In this document: positions 7,977 through 16,919 of the stretch, piece by piece
How positions within the stretch are numbered: the first letter of the stretch is position 1
Layout: every line of letters starts with the position of its first letter
Assembly: GCF_047555085.1 (NCBI RefSeq)
Contig: NZ_CP180230.1
Location: 750,001 to 782,000, forward strand
DNA from: Candidatus Saccharimonadota bacterium
Lineage (GTDB): Archaea; Nanohalarchaeota; Nanosalinia; Nanosalinales; Nanosalinaceae
DNA length: 32,000 nucleotides
Direction of reading: 5' to 3'
Made by a program: the position numbers and the translations under genes
Notes under the pieces: model-generated
Told to the model about the DNA's origin: nothing
The model's input: the letters and a program-made list of their open reading frames with translations, nothing else
The model's database searches: none

Positions 7977-8552
7977 TTACTTTCCTCTGTTGCCTTTAGC
8001 GTTCTGTGAAGGCCTTACTTTCTCTGCTCCTGTGCCTTTGTTGTCCTGGCCTCTTGAACTCTTTGCTGCAGGCGTAACTCCTCTCTCTGCTCGATCTCTG
8101 TTATCTGCAATCCATTTGAGATCGTCGTCGCTCTGGATTTCAGGATGGTCAGGATCTACCATTATTACTTCGAACCATTTCCTGTTTCCGTCTTCTGCTA
8201 CCCAGTAGGAGTCAAGTACTTCCAGATTGGAGTATTTTCTTGATACGCGCTGTTCTCCGATTACCTGTTTTGACTTCTTGCGGGAGTAACGGCTCTGTCC
8301 TGTCTTGCTAGGCGCTCTTCCTGCGTCAGGCCTCTTCCTCTTTGTGCCTCCCTTGTCTACTTTTACGCGTACGATCTTGAATCCGTTCTTTGCTTTGTAT
8401 CCTTTTTCTCTTGCTTTAGGACGTCTCGTAGGATTCTCAACTTCTACTACTGCTTCCTGTTTTCTCCATTCTACCAGTCTTTCCTGCCAAAGTTCATCAA
8501 GATTCTCTTTTGGCTGATTGTAGTTTTCTCTAGCGTACTTGTAGTATCCCAT
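7977..8552 (-). CDS. rpl15e: Ribosomal protein L15e
   Basis: 191 aa. MGYYKYARE...LVEWRK...PTRRPKAREKGYKAKNGFKIVRVKV is a typical eL15 sequence. Confidence 0.95.
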   Translation of the reverse strand: MGYYKYARENYNQPKENLDELWQERLVEWRKQEAVVEVENPTRRPKAREKGYKAKNGFKIVRVKVDKGGTKRKRPDAGRAPSKTGQSRYSRKKSKQVIGEQRVSRKYSNLEVLDSYWVAEDGNRKWFEVIMVDPDHPEIQSDDDLKWIADNRDRAERGVTPAAKSSRGQDNKGTGAEKVRPSQNAKGNRGK

Positions 8553-8672
8553 AATTGACGTCCTCGTATACCATTAACTTCCGGCAAAATATTATAAACC
8601 CTGTCGGGAGTCATGGTGTCATTACTCCGAAACAAATAAAAGAAAAATCTGTAATCACTTTACTGTGATACT

Positions 8673-9152
8673 ATGCATCCAGCAGCAAAGATTCTAGTCG
8701 GCGCACTTATGATTGTAGTAGGAGCCTTTCTATCTATAGGACCTCTTTCGGAACAGGTGGCAACACTTGTACTGGGAGGAGTAGGGCCTCTACTTGTTCT
8801 CATAGGAGCGTTCATTGTATGGCTTGAAAGTGATGAATGGAAGATGGAGAGACAGAACAAGGAAAGTAAGCAGAAAACTTCAGGCCTGCAGGAACAGTTG
8901 AAAACAGCTCAGTCGATCAGAGACAGAGAAAAGAAAGAAAGAGAAGATCAGAAGCGACAGGAACAGCAGAGACAGCAAAAGAACAGGAAAATCCAGAGAG
9001 ACTACACCGACGTACTTGAAGAAACAGTAGAAGAAGCGAAGGAAACAGTCTCAAACATGGAAGATCCGAACTACAACGCACTGATCGCAGCAGAGAGACG
9101 GGATAAGAACAGGAAAACTCTCATCCAGTGGCTTGAAAGACAGAGCGAATAA
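8673..9152 (+). CDS. Hypothetical membrane protein: two N-terminal TM helices plus a K/E/Q/R-rich coiled-coil tail
   Basis: 159 aa with ATG start. Hydrophobic segments ILVGALMIVVGAFLSIG and GVGPLLVLIGAFIVWL are followed by a charged low-complexity region. A terminator-like hairpin lies downstream. Confidence 0.6.
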   Translation: MHPAAKILVGALMIVVGAFLSIGPLSEQVATLVLGGVGPLLVLIGAFIVWLESDEWKMERQNKESKQKTSGLQEQLKTAQSIRDREKKEREDQKRQEQQRQQKNRKIQRDYTDVLEETVEEAKETVSNMEDPNYNALIAAERRDKNRKTLIQWLERQSE

Positions 9153-9163
9153 AAAATTTCTCA

Positions 9164-9193
9164 GAGGCCTGTACGAGGCCTCCAAATATTTTT
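9164..9193 (+). terminator. Hairpin GAGGCCT-gtacg-AGGCCTC followed by a T5 run
   Basis: 7-bp stem (9164-9170 / 9176-9182) made of two AGGCCT copies, starting 12 nt after the stop at 9152. T5 lies at 9189-9193. Confidence 0.5.
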
Positions 9194-9250
9194 CTTAGAA
9201 GACTTTCTCCGACAGACTGATTTATCAAAACTCTTCAATAGTTATTGTAC

Positions 9251-10627
9251 ATGGACTGGCGTAAAACAGGTATTTTGCTTGTAGCCTTACTTTTTGCCAG
9301 TTCAGTTTCTGGAAGTGTTTCCTGGAATAAAGCCTCTGACTGGGACTCAGGTTCTTCTTCAGGACTGGTTCACGAAAGTTTTGGAGACAACAGTGCTGAG
9401 AGTGTGAAGCTCGGATGGTCTCATTACGGGAGCCAGAACAGTTTGACAGGTTACTGGCCTATGGACGAGGATAGTGGCTCCACTGCTGTGGATGTGAGTG
9501 GTTCAGGAAACGATGGAAGTATCGGCAGCGTTGATCTTGGGAAAGACGGTGTTTTCGGAACAAGTTCTTTCGAGTTCAAAGGCGACGATATTGTTGTAAG
9601 CAGTCCTAATGAGCTTCCTACAGGAGATTCAGCGTTTTCTACTGTTTTCTGGTTCAAAAATATCAACGCCAATGATAACGGCGGTATACTGCACTGGGGT
9701 GCGAACAGTGGAAGCAGTGCCAGCGGGCAAGAGGTCCGTGATGATGGATGGCAGCACTATTTTTACGGCAACGACAACAACTGCTACAACCTCGGTATGT
9801 GGGACGGCAACTGGCATATGGCCGTCGTAACGTATGATACCAGTACAAATATGAGGAAAATGTACCTTGATGGAAATCTGGAATGTAGCGATGACGCAGG
9901 AAACGTGAACATCGATAGCAGCACCGACATACAGATCGGGGGAGGAGATTCTAGTGCCGCATTGAACGGAGCAAGACTGGATGAAGTCAGGATATGGCAC
10001 AGATCAGTAAGCCAGGAGGAGATAAACCAGCTTTACAGCTCTGCATTCAACGGAGAGCTCAACACTTCCTGGAAAAACTTCGACAGAGAGACACGCCCGG
10101 ATAAACTGGAGCTAAAAACCAACAGCACCCTGAACGGACAGACGATAAACGTAGTAATAGACTCCGACACTGATGAAAACGGAGTTACAGATGAATCAAG
10201 TGAACAGATAACACTCAACGGTAGTGGAGGACCCTACCCTGTAAAAGGCCTCTCAGCAGACTCAAAAAGTTATAGAGCCCGGATAACATTCGACTCCAGC
10301 ACCGCATCAAGTTCACCGGAGTTAACCGGTCTGAAGCTTGAGAGTAAAGGCCTCGAGATATGTGATCACAGAGGTCCAGGTAATGAATGTGTCTCGAACA
10401 GCAGCCACGACGTTAACGGGAAAACTTTCCATCTAAACTCTATCTTCATAGCTGAACCATCAGCAATCCTCACCGCCCTATCCGAGAACTCTACGATACA
10501 TGTAAACAACGAATCCCGTATCTCAGGCCTGTGGAAAGGCGGATTCTTCATAGATTCTCCAGGGCCTAGAATTGTTTCCGGGGCTGCTTTCAGGCCTCAT
10601 GGCAAAAGAATTGTCATCGGGAACTAG
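9251..10627 (+). CDS. Secreted LamG (concanavalin A-like lectin/glucanase, Laminin_G_3-type) domain protein
   Basis: Signal-peptide-like N-terminus MDWRKTGILLVALLFASSVSG. LamG hallmarks: LTGYWPMDEDSGSTAVDVSGSGNDG..., FWFK..., WHMAVVTYD...MYLDG..., ARLDEVRIWHRSVSQEEINQLY. I prefer ATG 9251 to the track's TTG 9245 because a TTTATCAAAA box is centred about 26 nt upstream. Confidence 0.85.
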   Translation: MDWRKTGILLVALLFASSVSGSVSWNKASDWDSGSSSGLVHESFGDNSAESVKLGWSHYGSQNSLTGYWPMDEDSGSTAVDVSGSGNDGSIGSVDLGKDGVFGTSSFEFKGDDIVVSSPNELPTGDSAFSTVFWFKNINANDNGGILHWGANSGSSASGQEVRDDGWQHYFYGNDNNCYNLGMWDGNWHMAVVTYDTSTNMRKMYLDGNLECSDDAGNVNIDSSTDIQIGGGDSSAALNGARLDEVRIWHRSVSQEEINQLYSSAFNGELNTSWKNFDRETRPDKLELKTNSTLNGQTINVVIDSDTDENGVTDESSEQITLNGSGGPYPVKGLSADSKSYRARITFDSSTASSSPELTGLKLESKGLEICDHRGPGNECVSNSSHDVNGKTFHLNSIFIAEPSAILTALSENSTIHVNNESRISGLWKGGFFIDSPGPRIVSGAAFRPHGKRIVIGN

Positions 10628-12297
10628 CTTTGATCTTCGTACAGGTTCTTTACCTTCTGCAGGGAGTCTGCCTGTTCTTTGTCTTCTCTGAACTGTTTCA
10701 TCCTCGGGAACCGGAGTGCGTATCCTGAAGAATAATTAGGACTTTCCTGGATCTCCTCGTATTCGGCTTCTACGATGACTTCAGGCCTGACTTCTACTTT
10801 TCTGCCGTCTTCCTTCGTTATCAGCGGCTTCAGTTTCTCTGTGATCTCCTGGAACTGTTCGTCGGTAAGGCCTGTCGCCATTTTTCCGACTTCTAGGTAT
10901 TCATCGTTTTCTTCATCGTAGCATCCGAGGTACAGCCGGCCAAGCCAGTCGCTTCTTCTTCCTTCGCTCCATTTTGCTCCGATGATCGCAAGATCTAGAG
11001 TCTCCATCACCGGCTTCAACTTGACCATGTAGCCGACTCTGTTACCGGGCTTGTACTCTGCTTCAAGAGATTTCATCATTATTCCTTCGTGTCCGGCGGA
11101 AAGAGAGGCCTGCTGCATCTCCCCGACTTTCTCCTCCTCACTGGTTTCTGCGTGATCAACGAGTTTCATCACTTTCTCCTCCTCGCTGACTATCTCCTGA
11201 AGTTCCCTCCATCTCTCACTGTAAGGCCTTTCAAGGATCGGCTCATCTAAATATATCAGATCGAAAGGCCTGACTGTGACAGGTATCTGGGCCTTCAGTT
11301 TCTGTATCTCGTATTTTCTCTTGATCCTCTTGGAAAGCTTCTGGAAAGGAATCATGGATCCATCCTCGGGATCGTAGCCGACTATCTCAGTATCAATTAT
11401 ACAGTTCTCAGACTCTATGTTTTCCTCAACAGCCTCTACAACATCAGGGAACTGCTCTGTAACATCTTCAAGCCTTCTGGTAAAGACTGTGACTCCCCCA
11501 TCTTTTACATGGATCTGGGCTCGCATACCATCGTACTTGTAATCTATAGCCGCTGGCTTACCGACTTCTTCAAAACCTTCCTCAATAGTCTCAACTTTCT
11601 TCGCCAGCATCGACTTGATAGGCCTCTCCAGTTCAAGCTCCAGCGATCTTACTTTTTCTATTCCTTCTCTACAGGCCTCTGCAACTTCTGCAAAATCATT
11701 CGTGAAATCATAGGCCTTCTGAATCTCTTCACTATGTTCTCCATCGAAAAAGGCCTCTGCCAGAGCATCTCGGATTGTTCCCTCTCCGATTCCCAGCCTC
11801 AAATTATTGATTATTATACGTGCGAGATAACGGGCCTCTTTCGGCTCCGCTGAAGATATCAGATCAGCCAGTTCTCGCTGTTTTTTATCCTGGTCAACGC
11901 TCTGGCTCAGTCCCGAGGCCTGTGTATCCGCTACTTTCTGAAGCCTGTCGACAACTTTCTCCACGGTTATTTCCTGTGTCATCAGTCTTTGCTGTGTCTT
12001 TTTCTCCACCATGGCCTCTGCTGCCAGGCCTAGATCGCCTTCGTTTTTCCATGTCTCTGTTATCTCGTCTTCTGATCTTCCTGTGGCCTTTGAAATTATT
12101 TTGACAAGTGTTTTTGAGGATACACCGAGGTCCATGTTTTTCCAGGCAGGGAAAGGTGTGCCTGTAGAAAGCAATACCAGGTTTGCAAGTTCGTCATCAG
12201 CGTCTCTGAAAAGCTCTGCAAGTATATCTGTTTTCTCCAGATTCTTCTGTGTAGCTTCCAGATCTTCAAAGGCCTCTGCAACTCGGGAGTATCTCAC
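10624..12297 (-). CDS. lig: ATP-dependent DNA ligase
   Basis: Adenylation motif I KYDGMRAQIH plus full-length similarity to archaeal Lig1-type ligases. The track ORF starts at TTG 12372. I prefer GTG 12297 (MRYSRVAEAFEDLEAT...), which matches typical ligase N-termini and removes the overlap with the divergent gene. The start is uncertain. Confidence 0.93.
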   Translation of the reverse strand: MRYSRVAEAFEDLEATQKNLEKTDILAELFRDADDELANLVLLSTGTPFPAWKNMDLGVSSKTLVKIISKATGRSEDEITETWKNEGDLGLAAEAMVEKKTQQRLMTQEITVEKVVDRLQKVADTQASGLSQSVDQDKKQRELADLISSAEPKEARYLARIIINNLRLGIGEGTIRDALAEAFFDGEHSEEIQKAYDFTNDFAEVAEACREGIEKVRSLELELERPIKSMLAKKVETIEEGFEEVGKPAAIDYKYDGMRAQIHVKDGGVTVFTRRLEDVTEQFPDVVEAVEENIESENCIIDTEIVGYDPEDGSMIPFQKLSKRIKRKYEIQKLKAQIPVTVRPFDLIYLDEPILERPYSERWRELQEIVSEEEKVMKLVDHAETSEEEKVGEMQQASLSAGHEGIMMKSLEAEYKPGNRVGYMVKLKPVMETLDLAIIGAKWSEGRRSDWLGRLYLGCYDEENDEYLEVGKMATGLTDEQFQEITEKLKPLITKEDGRKVEVRPEVIVEAEYEEIQESPNYSSGYALRFPRMKQFREDKEQADSLQKVKNLYEDQS

Positions 12298-12317
12298 ACG
12301 GTTTTTTTGCACCTGAA

Positions 12318-12327
12318 GGTTTAAACC
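12318..12327. promoter_or_regulatory. Palindromic TATA-like box GGTTTAAACC, possibly shared by the divergent lig and nitroreductase genes
   Basis: Centred about 25 nt from the lig GTG (12297) and about 28 nt from the nitroreductase ATG (12351), which is leaderless-type geometry on both sides. The same 10-mer recurs at 16933-16942. Confidence 0.4.
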
Positions 12328-12350
12328 TGTACGAGACGAATAGTTTCGTG

Positions 12351-12995
12351 ATGTCGGTTCTCGAACAGACAAGAAAAATAACCTCTTTCAGAAAGCCGAA
12401 AGACGAGACAGTATCACGGAAAGTGATCGGCAGGATACTGGAAGCAGGTCGACAGGCCCCGTCACCAGGCGGAGTACAGTCACTTGAATTCGTAGTAGTC
12501 GAATCAGAAGAAGTCAAGGAGCAGATAGAGATGGTGGTAGGCGACGAAAGAGTAGTAGAGGCCCCGACATCGATAATCATTATCGGCGACAGACAGAGAA
12601 TGGCCCGCAGAGTAGGCGCAGAAAATGCAGAAAAGGCCTCACAGGCAGAAGTATCATGCGCCGTACAGAACATGCGACTGGTAGCACAGGAAAACGGTGT
12701 ATCAAGCTGCTGGTTCTCCGGCTTCGAGGGAGAGGTACTCGCAGACAAGATAAGTGCCCCTCAGAACAAGGTACCTACAGCTGTAGTCTCACTGGCGTAT
12801 ACCGACAATCCTGTTCCTATGAAGGAGAAGTTCGGTATGAACGAGATCTGTTTCTACGACGAATACGGCAGCCAGGTCAGCACGCTTTTCGATGGGCCTG
12901 AATGGGAAGGAATAGAGGAGGAGAAAAGAATCTTCAGAAAGAAGCAAAAAGGCCTCGTTGACAAGTTGAAACGGCGACTTCGAAAGGTTTTATAA
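12351..12995 (+). CDS. Nitroreductase family protein
   Basis: About 214 aa. N-terminal R..TSFRK motif, ILEAGRQAPSPGG, and the SCAVQNMRLVAQENG...S pattern typical of the NADH/flavin nitroreductase fold. Confidence 0.85.
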   Translation: MSVLEQTRKITSFRKPKDETVSRKVIGRILEAGRQAPSPGGVQSLEFVVVESEEVKEQIEMVVGDERVVEAPTSIIIIGDRQRMARRVGAENAEKASQAEVSCAVQNMRLVAQENGVSSCWFSGFEGEVLADKISAPQNKVPTAVVSLAYTDNPVPMKEKFGMNEICFYDEYGSQVSTLFDGPEWEGIEEEKRIFRKKQKGLVDKLKRRLRKVL

Positions 12996-13123
12996 ATATT
13001 CAAGATACATTGTTCACTATACGATGATAAATCTCTCTGGAGGCCTCACGGAAGTGAGGATTGACGAGTGAGAAAGGTTTATAATTTACTAGAGAGAATG
13101 TTTCATTGTGTTAAGGTGAAAAA

Positions 13124-13975
13124 ATGGTAGCAAGCCAAGAGACTCTGGACAAGCTCGAAGATATCGGGTTGAACATGTACGAAAGAAAAATCTACTCCGC
13201 ACTTCTCGGACGAGGAGTTTCAACAGCCGGAGAACTTTCTGAGATGACAAATGTTCCACGCTCACGAGCTTACGATGTCCTGGAGTCTCTAGCTGAGAAG
13301 GGATTCGCTGTCATTAAATCATCCAAGCCTATGGAGTACGTTTCTATCCCTCCACAGCAGGCTATTGAAAATATTAAGAAACAGCACAGACAGGAATTGC
13401 AGGAGAAGATGGAACGCCTCGATGATTTCAAGGAGTCAGAGGCAGTTGACGAGCTTGAAAGTCTTTACGATCAGGGCCTCGAGCTTGTAGATCCTGCAGA
13501 CATGTCCGGATCCCTGAAAGGTTCCAGACAGATCCAGCAGCATCAGGGAACAATGTTCCAGGAAGCTGATGAAAAGATAAGAATTCTTACTTCTGAGGAA
13601 GGCCTCAGAGATCTACGTGAGAACCACATGGATACACTGAAAGAGGCCAAGGATCAGGGCGTGAATGTTCAGATTCTTGCACCTGTCTCGGAAGATAACT
13701 ATGATCACTACGACAGTCTTGCAGAAGTTGCCGAAGTAAGACACCTGGAAGAAGACGGTGAAATCAGTGCACCTGAGGGAAGATTCTCGATCGTGGACAA
13801 TGATGCAGTCACAATGTCAATGACTCATGAAGACGTCCACTCCACACAGGACTCGGCTTTCTGGAGTCAGAGCGATCACCTTGCAGAAAATACCATGGGT
13901 CCTGTATTCGAGACTCTGTGGAACAAGTCAGGCAAGCCTGAGACTCCTGAAGACTTCGATCAGCCGTCTCCTTAA
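13124..13975 (+). CDS. TrmB family transcriptional regulator
   Basis: 283 aa. N-terminal winged HTH L..LGL..YE.KIY.ALL..G..TAGELSE...VPRSRAYDVLESL..KGF, followed by a TrmB-type C-terminal domain. An AAGGTGA SD motif lies 5 nt upstream of the ATG. Confidence 0.85.
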   Translation: MVASQETLDKLEDIGLNMYERKIYSALLGRGVSTAGELSEMTNVPRSRAYDVLESLAEKGFAVIKSSKPMEYVSIPPQQAIENIKKQHRQELQEKMERLDDFKESEAVDELESLYDQGLELVDPADMSGSLKGSRQIQQHQGTMFQEADEKIRILTSEEGLRDLRENHMDTLKEAKDQGVNVQILAPVSEDNYDHYDSLAEVAEVRHLEEDGEISAPEGRFSIVDNDAVTMSMTHEDVHSTQDSAFWSQSDHLAENTMGPVFETLWNKSGKPETPEDFDQPSP

Positions 13976-14019
13976 GGCCTGAAATATAGATTGTAGAAAA
14001 AAGACATATACCCCATTTT

Positions 14020-14877
14020 TTATCCCAGTCTTGCTGTCAGAGGCGACTCAGGACCAGAGATAGCCGATATAATGGAATTTACTGCGTCCATCGACAGTAG
14101 TGAGAAAAGATTGAAAGACTGTGTTGTCTGAACGCTTTCAAAGGAAAGTTCCTGCTCTGTGATATTTTCTGCAACAGTTTCTGCCGTTGAACGGCCTCCA
14201 AGATGATCTACAAGGCCTTTAGTTTTTGCATCTTTGCCGAGTATTACCTGGCCTTCTCCTACTTCATTGATTTGTTCCTGTGTGAGATTTCTTTCCTCTT
14301 TTACAAGATTGAGGAACTGCTGGTGTACTTCAGAGGCCTGTTCGCTGAGAATTTCTCTGTCTTCCTCAGTCGAGTTCATGTATGGCGATCCTACTCCCTT
14401 GAACTCTCCTGCAGTGATATTGACGTATTCTACTCCGTATTTTTCCAGTGCTTCTGAGAACTCGAGATATGAACTCCTGACTCCGATGCTGCCCGTCATT
14501 GAGGCCTTGTCCGCTACTATTTCATCGCATCCCAGTGAGAAGAGGTAGGCTCCTGATGCTGCGACGTCCCTGAATCGACAGACTGTAGGGATATCCATTG
14601 ATTCTATTTCACGCATTATCTCCTTTGAGGCCACTACTGTTCCTCCTCCAGAGTTGATCTCGTAGATTACAGCCCGGTATCCCTGATTTTTGACTCTGTC
14701 GTTAAGATTTCTTACCTGTCCTGGCGTTATACCTGTAGACGAGAATGCGCTGCTGGGGCCTGATGAGCTTATTGTGCCCGAGAGTTCGATGTATGCTGCT
14801 TTCTGTGTTCCGAGGCTGAATGCTGTTGTCCCCGATACCATAATTAAAACTGCGAGAAAAATCCAGGCCTTTTTCAT
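14020..14877 (-). CDS. sppA: Signal peptide peptidase SppA (36K type, ClpP/crotonase fold)
   Basis: 285 aa with an N-terminal TM segment. INSGGG...AASGAY...MTGSIGV motifs typical of SppA. Confidence 0.9.
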   Translation of the reverse strand: MKKAWIFLAVLIMVSGTTAFSLGTQKAAYIELSGTISSSGPSSAFSSTGITPGQVRNLNDRVKNQGYRAVIYEINSGGGTVVASKEIMREIESMDIPTVCRFRDVAASGAYLFSLGCDEIVADKASMTGSIGVRSSYLEFSEALEKYGVEYVNITAGEFKGVGSPYMNSTEEDREILSEQASEVHQQFLNLVKEERNLTQEQINEVGEGQVILGKDAKTKGLVDHLGGRSTAETVAENITEQELSFESVQTTQSFNLFSLLSMDAVNSIISAISGPESPLTARLG

Positions 14878-14901
14878 AGATTGTTTTTGTCTTGTATGTT
14901 C

Positions 14902-14908
14902 TTTTTAA
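14902..14908. promoter_or_regulatory. A/T box TTTTTAA in the 60-bp divergent sppA/elp3 spacer
   Basis: Centred about 28 nt from the sppA ATG (14877) and about 33 nt from the elp3 ATG (14938). Confidence 0.3.
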
Positions 14909-14937
14909 CTTTCGGAGTTGATCAAGTTCTTACTGCC

Positions 14938-16545
14938 ATGTCAGATCTCAGGGAACTTTCAAGGACTATAATCGAAGAGATTGAATCCGGAGAAATAGAA
15001 AGCAAAGACGATGTAGAGACAAGGAAAAAACAGCTCTGCAGAAACAACGACATCTCCGGAATCCCGAAAAACAGTGATATCCTGAAGTTCCGTGAAGACG
15101 ACGAGAGAAAGGCAAGAAAGCTTCTGAAGCGAAAACCTACACGATCTATCTCGGGAATCGCCAACATAGCGATCATGGCAAGGCCTGCTCCCTGTGGCGG
15201 AGGATGCATTTACTGCCCTAAAGGAAAGAACGCTCCACAGAGTTACACCGGCAAGGAGCCAGCAACTCGTAGAGCTATCAGAAACCAGTATGACCCCTTC
15301 GACCAGGCCCACGACAGACTTGAACAGTACGAGAACAACGGCCACAGTATCGACAAATCCAAATTAATCATAATGGGAGGAACATTCCCGTTCCAGGACC
15401 CGGAATACCAGAAAGAGTTCATGAAAAGAGCCTTCGACGGATTCAACTCGTACCCTGAAAAAGATGAGATCGAGGGAAGTGAGGCCTACGACGGCGCAGA
15501 CTCTCTGGAAGAGGCCAAGAAAATCAACGAGACCGCTGACGTCAGGAACGTTGGTGTAACATTTGAGACAAGGCCTGACATCGCAGAGACAAAGCATATT
15601 GATCGTATACTGGAGATGGGAGGTACCCGTGTAGAGATGGGCGTACAGACAGTTTTCGACGAGACTCATGAGGTCACCAATAGAGGCCATGGAATGGAAC
15701 CTGTAATCGAGGCCACTAAACGTTTGAAGAATGCCGGTTTCAAGGTGGCATACCATCTGATGCTAGGCCTTCCGGGCGAAGGATATGAAGAAGATATCGA
15801 GAAGTTCAGGGAGGTCTTTTCAAATCCAGATTACCAGCCTGATGAGATCAAGATCTATCCGTGTGAAGTAATCCAGGGCACCGAACTTTACAGGCAGTAC
15901 GAGGAAGGAGATTTCGAGCCTATAACAGATGAAGAGGCCAAAGAAAGATTGAAGAAGGCTCAGAAGGATATTATCCCTCCTCACGTGCGTGTGAAAAGAG
16001 TTATGCGTGATATACCTTCAACAGAAGTTGATGCCGGACCTCAATTGACAAATATGCGGCAGATGGCGCTGCAGGAGCTTCACAAAGAGGGAGAAAGATG
16101 CAGATGCATAAGATGCAGAGAAGTAGGCCACGTCAAGCGGACACATGATCTTGAGCCTCAGGAGGAAAATATCGAGCTTGTTGAGAGAAATTACGAGGCC
16201 TCAGGCGGCGACGAGTACTTCCTGAGCTTTGAAGATACTGAAAACGACATAATTCTAGGATTTACGCGTCTGAGAGCTCCGAGTGAAAGTTTCAGGCCCG
16301 AGATTGACCATGATACGTTGATCGTGAGGCAGCTGAAAGTTCTTGGGACTGCTGCAGGCCTCCAGGATGAGGGCGAGGTTCAGCATCAGGGTCTTGGTAC
16401 ACGCCTGATGGAGAAAGCCGAGGAAAAGGCCCGTGAGTTAGGCCGCAGTAAAGTCACGGTGATTTCAGCAGTTGGGACGCGCGAGTACTACAGGAAGTTC
16501 GGTTACGAACTTGATGGGCCTTACATGTCAAAAGAGCTTGAATGA
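14938..16545 (+). CDS. elp3: Elp3-type tRNA uridine(34) modification enzyme (radical SAM + GNAT acetyltransferase domains)
   Basis: Radical SAM cluster motif CGGGCIYC, an Elp3-like core (VTFETRPD, RVEMGVQT) and a C-terminal GNAT (QHQGLGTRLMEKAEE). I take Met20 of the track ORF (MSDLREL...) as the start, because the upstream 19 codons are hydrophobic spacer sequence. Confidence 0.94.
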   Translation: MSDLRELSRTIIEEIESGEIESKDDVETRKKQLCRNNDISGIPKNSDILKFREDDERKARKLLKRKPTRSISGIANIAIMARPAPCGGGCIYCPKGKNAPQSYTGKEPATRRAIRNQYDPFDQAHDRLEQYENNGHSIDKSKLIIMGGTFPFQDPEYQKEFMKRAFDGFNSYPEKDEIEGSEAYDGADSLEEAKKINETADVRNVGVTFETRPDIAETKHIDRILEMGGTRVEMGVQTVFDETHEVTNRGHGMEPVIEATKRLKNAGFKVAYHLMLGLPGEGYEEDIEKFREVFSNPDYQPDEIKIYPCEVIQGTELYRQYEEGDFEPITDEEAKERLKKAQKDIIPPHVRVKRVMRDIPSTEVDAGPQLTNMRQMALQELHKEGERCRCIRCREVGHVKRTHDLEPQEENIELVERNYEASGGDEYFLSFEDTENDIILGFTRLRAPSESFRPEIDHDTLIVRQLKVLGTAAGLQDEGEVQHQGLGTRLMEKAEEKARELGRSKVTVISAVGTREYYRKFGYELDGPYMSKELE

Positions 16546-16634
16546 ATACTCTGCAAGCAGGGAAAATTTTCTCTGGAAATAAAATAAAGAAAGAGGTCGG
16601 TTTGACCCCCCCGTATACGTCTAGGCTGGCATCT

Positions 16635-16919
16635 CTAGTTGGAAGAATGCTGGTTCTTCAGTTCCTGCCACTGTTCGGCGAATTCATCCTTCATGTGTTC
16701 AAGAGCTACTTTCTCTTCATCTTCTAGCTCGCGGTTCTCAACAATATTCCTGTAAACCTTGTAAGGGTGAGTTGGAACATCTTCCTGCATGTTCTGTCTA
16801 AAATCATCTTCAAACTTGTGTCGATGTTGATCGACCTTCTCTTTAAGGATGCCATCCTCCTCCCAAGAATCATTGAGCTTCTCCTTAGAGCTCTTACCTA
16901 AATCCCAGAGGCTAGGCAT
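16635..16919 (-). CDS. Hypothetical charged protein (94 aa from MPSLWDLGK...)
   Basis: The track ORF reaches 17018, but its first 33 codons are basic/Cys-rich and unlike the acidic proteome. Met34 has A/T boxes (TTAATAA, GGTTTAAACC) just upstream. I recognise no family. Confidence 0.45.
   Translation of the reverse strand: MPSLWDLGKSSKEKLNDSWEEDGILKEKVDQHRHKFEDDFRQNMQEDVPTHPYKVYRNIVENRELEDEEKVALEHMKDEFAEQWQELKNQHSSN

Noticed and set aside
9251-10245. AGGCCT-free stretches of about 1 kb (2273-3364, 4397-5448, 9182-10245, 24258-25201, 29919-31219) as evidence of foreign DNA
   Set aside because: With a mean spacing of about 265 bp, a few gaps of this size are expected by chance. Some of the gaps lie in core genes (mcm, atpA), so this is not usable as an HGT signal without genome-wide statistics.
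12298-12372. N-terminal 25-codon extension of the ligase ORF (TTG at 12372)
   Set aside because: The extension is basic and Ser/Arg-rich and overlaps the divergent gene start. It would also bury the shared GGTTTAAACC box. GVG 12297, i.e. the in-frame GTG at 12297, gives a canonical ligase N-terminus. The longer form is not fully excluded.
12266-12748. 160-aa - strand ORF overlapping the nitroreductase gene
   Set aside because: It lies antisense to a gene with clear nitroreductase motifs, and its Ser/Thr/Cys-rich composition is atypical for this proteome.
16606-16612. C7 homopolymer in the elp3 3' spacer as a possible phase-variable tract
   Set aside because: It is intergenic between convergent genes, short, and has no reading frame or promoter spacing that it could switch.
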